NCBI GenBank assembly: GCA_003521625.1
Contig: DPHV01000022.1
Location: forward strand, 6,926-70,925
DNA: 64,000 bases
Source: Ruminococcus sp.
GTDB lineage: Bacteria; Bacillota; Clostridia; Oscillospirales; Acutalibacteraceae
Direction of reading: 5' to 3'
Under the pieces are notes generated by a model. That model searched no databases, was not told where the DNA came from, and saw only the letters and a list, made by a program, of their open reading frames with translations. A program made the position numbers and the translations under genes. Below, piece after piece: positions 58,042-64,000 of the stretch. The stretch's first letter is position 1, and the number at the start of each line of letters is the position of its first letter.

Positions 58042-58884
58042 ATGAAAACATCATCAAGAAAGAGATTATTAGTCTCTTCAGTAGCAATGCTCCTCGTAGC
58101 AATGCTCGCACTCGGAACCGCAACTTATGCATGGTTCACTAACACAACATCTGCAACCGCAGAAAAAGCAAATGTAACTGTTGCAGCTCCGTCAGGTCTT
58201 ATCATCGGCGCTGTTGCAAAGGGTGGTTCAGCTCCTGCAGTTTCAACAATGAAATCAGTTATTGATATCTCAAGTCTTGCTGCTAAGACAGTTACTCCTG
58301 TATCAGGTAATGCTCAATCAACAGGTATCGACTTCTATGAAGCATTCGTAGATACAGAAAAGAATGTAAGCAAGATTGCTGCAGGCACAAACTATATTGC
58401 TGTTGATATTTACGGTGCACTTTCAGCTGCATCTGATACTCCTATTGCTGTTAATTTGACAAACATTACATTAGCTGACACTTCTGCTGCAACAGCAGCA
58501 GGTGAAGTAGTTAGAGGTGCTTTTTATAATAATACAGGTAACTCACAGTTAGCATATATGCACTTTGGTGGCGGTTCAGATGCAAGAGCTGTAAATCCTC
58601 TTAAGAAAACTGCAGCTTCTTTAACAGGCGTTAAAACTGATGATAATTTTGTTGTTCCGGTAACTCAGACTGCATATGTTGAATCTACTGCAATTTCAGC
58701 ATCTGCTTCATTTGGTTCCACAGCTAAGTCAACCGGTGCTAAAGTAACAAGTACAGCTGCAACAAAGCTTGGTACTCTCTATCTTTGGGTAGAAGGTCAG
58801 GATCAAAATTGTAACGATGCAAATAAGGAATCTGTGCTTGACTCAACAGGTAACATCAGCATTACATTTGACCTTGCTTCATAA
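58042..58884 (+). CDS. SipW-type signal peptide protein, probable major subunit
   Basis: LGTATYA-WFT; Ala/Thr/Ser-rich; LWVEGQDQNCND; strong AGGAGG RBS, A/T-ending codon bias, double stop. Confidence 0.82.
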   Translation: MKTSSRKRLLVSSVAMLLVAMLALGTATYAWFTNTTSATAEKANVTVAAPSGLIIGAVAKGGSAPAVSTMKSVIDISSLAAKTVTPVSGNAQSTGIDFYEAFVDTEKNVSKIAAGTNYIAVDIYGALSAASDTPIAVNLTNITLADTSAATAAGEVVRGAFYNNTGNSQLAYMHFGGGSDARAVNPLKKTAASLTGVKTDDNFVVPVTQTAYVESTAISASASFGSTAKSTGAKVTSTAATKLGTLYLWVEGQDQNCNDANKESVLDSTGNISITFDLAS

Positions 58885-58940
58885 TAATATCGGTCAATTA
58901 ATTTTAGTTTACTCATACCCAGCGATTGGAGACCCCTGCA

Positions 58941-59678
58941 ATGAATAAAATTCTTAAAAAGATAGTTAATATATTTGTCGACATACTTGTCGTATTAATT
59001 CTGATAGTATCAATACTTGTTGTTATGCTGTCATTAACTTCTAAATCATCAGGGGTTCCCAACATTTTCGGTATTGCACCCTTAAGCGTTCAGACTCAAT
59101 CAATGGAAGATACAATTAATCCCGGCGACCTGATATTTTGTACTCTGACTGAAATCGATGATGAATTTCAGAAAGATGACGTTGTAACCTTTCCCATTGA
59201 AATTAACGGAGAGCAGGTTTTAAACACTCACCGTATTGTCGAGGTAGTAGCAGATAATAATATTACATACTACAAAACGCAGGGTGACAACAAAGAAACA
59301 AATCCCGAGCCGGATACGGATTTACAAACCTCGTCCACAATCGTGGCTAAATATACAGGCACAAAAATCCCCGGCTTGGGTAACGTATTAAGCTTTATCA
59401 GAACACAGCTTGGATTTTTCCTTTGCATACTGCTTCCTATGATTCTTTTCTTTATCTATGAGGCTGTAAGAGTTGTTATGAACCTTTTAGCTTATAATAA
59501 GGAAAAGGCATTTGAAGAGGCGCAGTCAGCTGTCAATAATTCCGAGCTTACGGAAGAACAGAAGAAACAGGCAATTGAAGAATATCTTGCCTCTCTCGGA
59601 CAGCAAAGCAACAATGCAGGAAATGAGCCTGACGTACAAACACCTGCCGACGGCAACATTTCTGATATTGAAAATTAA
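58941..59678 (+). CDS. sipW: Signal peptidase I, SipW/ER-type
   Basis: SVQTQSM (Ser), GDLI, NTHRI (His), KTQGDN, IPGLG and C-terminal TM; GGAG RBS before ATG 58941. Confidence 0.85.
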   Translation: MNKILKKIVNIFVDILVVLILIVSILVVMLSLTSKSSGVPNIFGIAPLSVQTQSMEDTINPGDLIFCTLTEIDDEFQKDDVVTFPIEINGEQVLNTHRIVEVVADNNITYYKTQGDNKETNPEPDTDLQTSSTIVAKYTGTKIPGLGNVLSFIRTQLGFFLCILLPMILFFIYEAVRVVMNLLAYNKEKAFEEAQSAVNNSELTEEQKKQAIEEYLASLGQQSNNAGNEPDVQTPADGNISDIEN

Positions 59679-59895
59679 GGTTTAGTTTTCTGTGTCAGAT
59701 AATTCATATGCTGATTTTGATAAAGTTCATTAAAAAACGCAATTTGCTATTTAATAATTGTTAATTGTTAATTGTTAATTGAAAATTTATTTGTCCCTAT
59801 GCACATAGGTGCATCTTTAGTAACGAAAGTATTTCTTTTCCGCCAATGTGCGGAAAAGAAATATGAAGTTACATCCATACGTTACAATATTTATT

Positions 59896-59920
59896 GTAGC
59901 GAGCGACGCCCTCGTCGCTC
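59896..59920 (+). repeat. Single family E REP
   Basis: GTAGCGAGCGACGCCCTCGTCGCTC identical to 48864-48888. Confidence 0.9.
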
Positions 59921-59960
59921 ATAAAAAATGAGGTAGATTTTTTTAAGGAGACGAAGTACC

Positions 59961-61499
59961 GTGGACACAGTATTTAAATTTCTGTTTGAATTTCTCGGTC
60001 AGTTTTTTGGCTCACTGTGGTCAATCATATCAGGATTGTTTACAGGAATAGGAGAGGCGTTTAACTTTCCTGCCTATATCAATATCATAAACGGCTATAC
60101 CACTGAGCTTGGAGGACTTGCCTGGGGTATTGCAATTCTCGCCATAGTGCTTCTTGTTGCTGTGCTTGGACTTATTGTATGGCTCATTATCGTCGCCGTA
60201 AAAAAGTTTATCCGTTCACACCGCAGAAGAAAAGACACCGACTCCCTTGTAAAAGAAGTTCAGGCGCTTAATAAAGAGGTAATGAGATTAAACCTTGAAA
60301 AGGACAAAATCCTTTCTATGAAGGTTTCACAAATCGGTCTTAACCCCAACGAAATTGCAGAGCTTACCGGCGAGGAGATTGAAGCTCTCAATAACGGTGA
60401 GGAAGAAGAAAATACAAACGAAACACGTTTCTACAAGCTTGCTGAAATTGATGAACTCTGGGCAGATTATGTACCTCCTGTATATAACAACGATATTACA
60501 CTTCCCGAGTTCTGCGACCAGTTCCGTATGTTCGCTTGCTCACGTCTTGGTCTTTACTATGACATTAAACTTATAAGACTTTTTGTTGCTTCTTTCGCTT
60601 CAACAAGACTTATTATCCTTCAGGGTATTTCAGGTACAGGTAAAACTTCACTTGCTTATGCCTTTGGTAAGTTTATCAACAATCCGTCAATCATCGCTTC
60701 TGTTCAGCCTTCATGGCGTGACAGAACAGAGCTTTTCGGTTATTTCAACGAATTTACAAAGAAATTTAATGAAACCGAGCTTCTCCGTGCTATGTACGAG
60801 GCTTCTTACAACGAAAATATTTACGCTGTAATCCTCGACGAAATGAACATCGCACGTGTTGAGTATTACTTTGCAGAAATGCTTTCAATTCTTGAAATGC
60901 CGTCACGTGACGAGTGGATTGTCGACATCATTCCAAACGCATGGCCTACCGACCCGAAGCACATCAAAAACGGTCAGTTGCAGATTCCACCGAATATGTG
61001 GTACATCGGTACAGCTAACAACGATGACTCTACCTTTGCAATTACAGATAAGGTTTATGACCGTGCTATGCCGATTAACATTGATACTAAGGGTGTTGCC
61101 TTTGATGCAGAAGACACACCGCCGATTAATATCAGCTACAAACACTTTGAAGATATACTTAACGAAGCAAAAGCTAAATATGTTGTTTCAGAAGAAAACA
61201 TCAAAAAGATCGGACTTCTTGATGACTATGTTATTGAGCATTTCCGTATAGCTTTCGGTAACCGTATTGTAAAGCAGCTCCGTGACTTTGTTCCTGCTTA
61301 CGTTGGTACAGGCGGAACCGAAATTGACGGTCTTGACTATGTTCTCGCAAGAAAGGTATTCAGAAAGTTTGAGTCACTCAACCTTTCGTATATCAGAGAT
61401 GAAATCGACGGACTTTGCGCTTATATTGACGAGTTGTTCGGCGAAGAAAATATGAATGAATGTAAAGATTATCTGCGTATGCTCAAAAAGCTTGTATAA
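59961..61499 (+). CDS. McrB-family AAA+ NTPase with N-terminal membrane segment
   Basis: Amphipathic/TM N-terminus, short coiled coil, GISGTGKT (Walker A), VQPSW.D, ILDEMNIARVEYYFAEMLS (Walker B), GTANNDDST (McrB NxxD), KVYDR. Confidence 0.85.
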   Translation: MDTVFKFLFEFLGQFFGSLWSIISGLFTGIGEAFNFPAYINIINGYTTELGGLAWGIAILAIVLLVAVLGLIVWLIIVAVKKFIRSHRRRKDTDSLVKEVQALNKEVMRLNLEKDKILSMKVSQIGLNPNEIAELTGEEIEALNNGEEEENTNETRFYKLAEIDELWADYVPPVYNNDITLPEFCDQFRMFACSRLGLYYDIKLIRLFVASFASTRLIILQGISGTGKTSLAYAFGKFINNPSIIASVQPSWRDRTELFGYFNEFTKKFNETELLRAMYEASYNENIYAVILDEMNIARVEYYFAEMLSILEMPSRDEWIVDIIPNAWPTDPKHIKNGQLQIPPNMWYIGTANNDDSTFAITDKVYDRAMPINIDTKGVAFDAEDTPPINISYKHFEDILNEAKAKYVVSEENIKKIGLLDDYVIEHFRIAFGNRIVKQLRDFVPAYVGTGGTEIDGLDYVLARKVFRKFESLNLSYIRDEIDGLCAYIDELFGEENMNECKDYLRMLKKLV

Positions 61500-61619
61500 T
61501 CCGGCTATATAAGGGCGAACTCTGTTCGCCCTTTAGTTAGTATTTTGATTGCAGGTAATAGATCATATTGTTTTTAAGGAATAAATGTTGTGCTTTAATT
61601 AGATGAGGAGTATCACCCT

Positions 61620-63815
61620 ATGGCTGATTTCAGTAAATATTACAGAGCCTACATGTATATGCAGGAGCTTCTGAAAAATGATTTTACTTACAATTACATA
61701 AACGAAGGCTTCAAGGACGGCGACAAGGGCAACGATTCTCTCGACGGTAAAACTAACGAAAAAGTAATCGATATGGACTGGGTTGTAGCAATCGAAGAAA
61801 CCCTGCCCTATATTCAGAAAGCTATTGACGAACAAAGACGTTTTATCAAGCAGGTTGAAAATGTTGTCCGCATTGAGCTTGCCCGCAAGGTTGGTCCTGA
61901 ATCAGTAAAGCACCTCTCGCAGCACACTAACTTCATTGCCAAGGTTGACGATGACGGTATGGTTACCCCCAACAAGATTCTTACAACCGAGCGTGAAGAA
62001 AGCTTTGCGATTTATGAAAACCGTGTTCTTATGACGCTTATCCGCAAGGCTTTGATCTTTGTTGATGATAAATATTCCAAGATGAAAGACGTGCCGAATG
62101 ACAGCTACAATAAGATTCAGATGGAACGTCAAGTCAATTTTAATGATAAAAAGATTGAATTTTCAATTAATTATATCAATGAGTCGCACGATAAGCTTGC
62201 TGATGACCTCGATGTTCTCGACGTTTCCGAGCTTTCCGACTTCGACCGTATCAGACGTATACGCTCAACTCTTAACGAGTTCTTAAATACCCAGCTTATG
62301 CGTGAAATCGCAAAAGAACCCGAGGTTCGTCCGCCGATTACGCAGACCAACCTTTTGAAGAAGAATCCAAACTTCAAAAAGGCTATGGAGCTTTGGACAT
62401 TCCTCGACAGCTACAAACGCACGGGCTTTGAGATAGTAAGTGAAGAATACCAGGGCAAAATGGACGAACAGATTCAGCAGGACGTTTATTTTGCAATGGG
62501 CTTTGAGCACTTTATGATGTCAATTGCCACCAACCCCGGTTTGCGTAACATCCTCCAGCAGAAGTATGAGGAGGAGAACGCAAGAATTGCCGAAGAAGAG
62601 GCAAAGCCTGAAAAAACACGTGAAGCTGTAATGAAGGCACAGCTTGACGCAGTACGTAAAGAGGAAATGGAAATCCGCCTGCGTGAAATCCGTGAGCGTG
62701 AAAAGAAAATCCTCGACCTTACCAATGAAGTTAAAAACCTCAAGGTAACTCTTGAGCAGAAGGAACAGCAGATATTGACCTTGAAAGGTCAGGTTTCTGC
62801 GCTTCAGGATCAGATTAACGAGCTGAAAGAAGAGCTTAAAGAAACAAAGCTTAAGCTTCTTGAAGCTGAAAACGAAATCAAGGCTCTCAAAGCTGAAAAC
62901 CAGGCTCTCAAAGAAAAGATTGAGGAACTGAACAAGACAATTGATGAGCTGAATAATAAAATTGCAGAGCTCAACGAGCAGATCAGAGTGCTTAATGACC
63001 GCATTCAGGTTCTTATGCAGGAAAATGCTCGTATGCAGTCCAAGATTGAAGAGCAGGAAAAGATTATTGCAGAACAGACCGCAAGAATTGAAGAGCTTGA
63101 AAAGCAGACAGTCGAACAGCTTGCAAAGATTGCTGCTCTTACTGATAATCTTGCAAAATGTGAAGCAGAGATAGAGAGTAACAAAAAGAAAATTACTTCT
63201 CTTACCGAGAGAAATGAAAAGCTCAATACTACGCTCCAGAACGAGCGCACTGCACACAAAGAGAAAGTTGAACAGATGAACGCTGACTTTGCAGCCAAGA
63301 CTAAGGCTGCCGAGGAGCAGTTCAAGTCTGAGAAAAAGTCACTGCAAAAGCAGATTGATGATTCAGAGGCTGCTCATACAAAGTATGTTGCACAGCTCAA
63401 TGCTGAATTTGCTGACAAGGCAAATCTTGCAGAGCAGAAACGTATAAATGAGCTTGCTGAAAAACAGGCAGAACACGAAAAGCAGATTGAACAGATTAAG
63501 CTTTCTAACGACAAAGCTTCAGCCGCTGTTGAAGCAAAACACGTTTCGGAAGTAAGAAAGGTTCAGAAATCTGTAGACAAGCGTGTTGAAGCCGCTCAAA
63601 AAGCTGCAGAAAAGCAGTATAATGCAAAGATTAAAGAGCTTAAATCACAGCAGGCAAGAGAGCTTGCAGAGGCTAAACGCAAAGCAAGAGAAGAAATCAG
63701 ACTTGCAAAGCAAAAAGCAAAAGCCGAAATCAGACTTGTGAAACAAAAAGCAAGAAAAAATATGTTCACAAAAGAAGAACTTATGGAAATGAACGACATC
63801 ATCGACAGCAACTGA
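61620..63815 (+). CDS. DUF2357/McrC-N-like domain fused to long coiled coil
   Basis: YENRVLMTL and TNLLKKNPNF..AMELW patterns in first ~300 aa; remainder is heptad E/K/Q/A-rich with no PD-(D/E)xK visible. Confidence 0.72.
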   Translation: MADFSKYYRAYMYMQELLKNDFTYNYINEGFKDGDKGNDSLDGKTNEKVIDMDWVVAIEETLPYIQKAIDEQRRFIKQVENVVRIELARKVGPESVKHLSQHTNFIAKVDDDGMVTPNKILTTEREESFAIYENRVLMTLIRKALIFVDDKYSKMKDVPNDSYNKIQMERQVNFNDKKIEFSINYINESHDKLADDLDVLDVSELSDFDRIRRIRSTLNEFLNTQLMREIAKEPEVRPPITQTNLLKKNPNFKKAMELWTFLDSYKRTGFEIVSEEYQGKMDEQIQQDVYFAMGFEHFMMSIATNPGLRNILQQKYEEENARIAEEEAKPEKTREAVMKAQLDAVRKEEMEIRLREIREREKKILDLTNEVKNLKVTLEQKEQQILTLKGQVSALQDQINELKEELKETKLKLLEAENEIKALKAENQALKEKIEELNKTIDELNNKIAELNEQIRVLNDRIQVLMQENARMQSKIEEQEKIIAEQTARIEELEKQTVEQLAKIAALTDNLAKCEAEIESNKKKITSLTERNEKLNTTLQNERTAHKEKVEQMNADFAAKTKAAEEQFKSEKKSLQKQIDDSEAAHTKYVAQLNAEFADKANLAEQKRINELAEKQAEHEKQIEQIKLSNDKASAAVEAKHVSEVRKVQKSVDKRVEAAQKAAEKQYNAKIKELKSQQARELAEAKRKAREEIRLAKQKAKAEIRLVKQKARKNMFTKEELMEMNDIIDSN

Positions 63816-63841
63816 TAAAGTTAATTCAGAGAGGCAGACTT

Positions 63842-64000
63842 ATGAAAAATTCTACTGCGTCCAACAGAAAAACGGGCAGAATGATTGCTAAAAATTTAAT
63901 AATTCTTGTTGTGCTTGTTTTTGTCTCAATTCTCGCAATGTGGGCGTGGTTTACCAATAAGTCTTCAGCTACAGCGGACGGCATAGATGTAAATTGTAAT
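63842..64000 (+). CDS. Further SipW-type signal peptide protein (partial, runs off right edge)
   Basis: Read by hand: MKNSTASNRKTGRMIAKNLIILVVLVFVSILAMWA-WFTNKSSATADGIDVNCN; GAGG RBS. Confidence 0.75.
   Translation, partial: MKNSTASNRKTGRMIAKNLIILVVLVFVSILAMWAWFTNKSSATADGIDVNCN

Noticed and set aside
58005..59799. Inverted 10-mer TAGGGACAAA/TTTGTCCCTA around major subunit and sipW as an invertible segment
   Set aside because: Too short, plausible by chance, and no recombinase in the window
62520..63325. Long minus-strand ORFs (245 aa, 106 aa)
   Set aside because: Antisense to low-complexity coiled-coil codons; no RBS or family features
59961..63815. Conventional McrBC restriction system, or SMC protein for the 731 aa ORF
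   Set aside because: No DNA-binding domain or nuclease motif visible; the coiled-coil protein has no Walker motifs or hinge

Overview
Chromosomal window from a low/mid-GC Firmicute; gene content suggests Oscillospirales (Ruminococcus-like), which is an inference. Left to right: (1) the 5' part of a Wzy-dependent capsule/EPS locus on the minus strand (cpsC/cpsD-like, priming transferase, rfbF-rfbG plus reductase and epimerase, GT8/GT4/GT2, pyruvyl transferase with Fe-S partner, Wzy-like polymerase running off the left edge); (2) a divergent sortase cassette whose substrate has a non-canonical IKTTG motif; (3) housekeeping and cell-envelope genes (TatD, AlkD-like, LicD, GT2, M20 dipeptidase, YfhO, HD nucleotidase, LCP), an ECF sigma factor fused to a TM helix and a large extracellular domain, an orphan degenerate GHKL sensor, two divergent AraC regulators and an NSS transporter; (4) apbE-NusG II-Gx transporter-rnfCDGEAB; (5) Trk/Ktr, Mrp/ApbC, a frameshifted zinc-ribbon/LRR protein, leuCD, MATE, LOG; (6) from 56.2 kb to the right edge, a cluster of TasA/camelysin-like SipW-signal proteins plus SipW, containing a membrane-anchored McrB-like AAA+ NTPase and a DUF2357/McrC-like protein whose nuclease domain is replaced by a ~400 aa coiled coil. 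Region 6 is the best candidate for an undescribed system. Intergenic regions carry at least five GTAG-tagged REP families in mixed dimers, oriented heptamer arrays and a 153-bp multi-hairpin element. No rRNA, tRNA, CRISPR array or transposase was recognised. Family assignments come from motif recognition only; no database searches were run.
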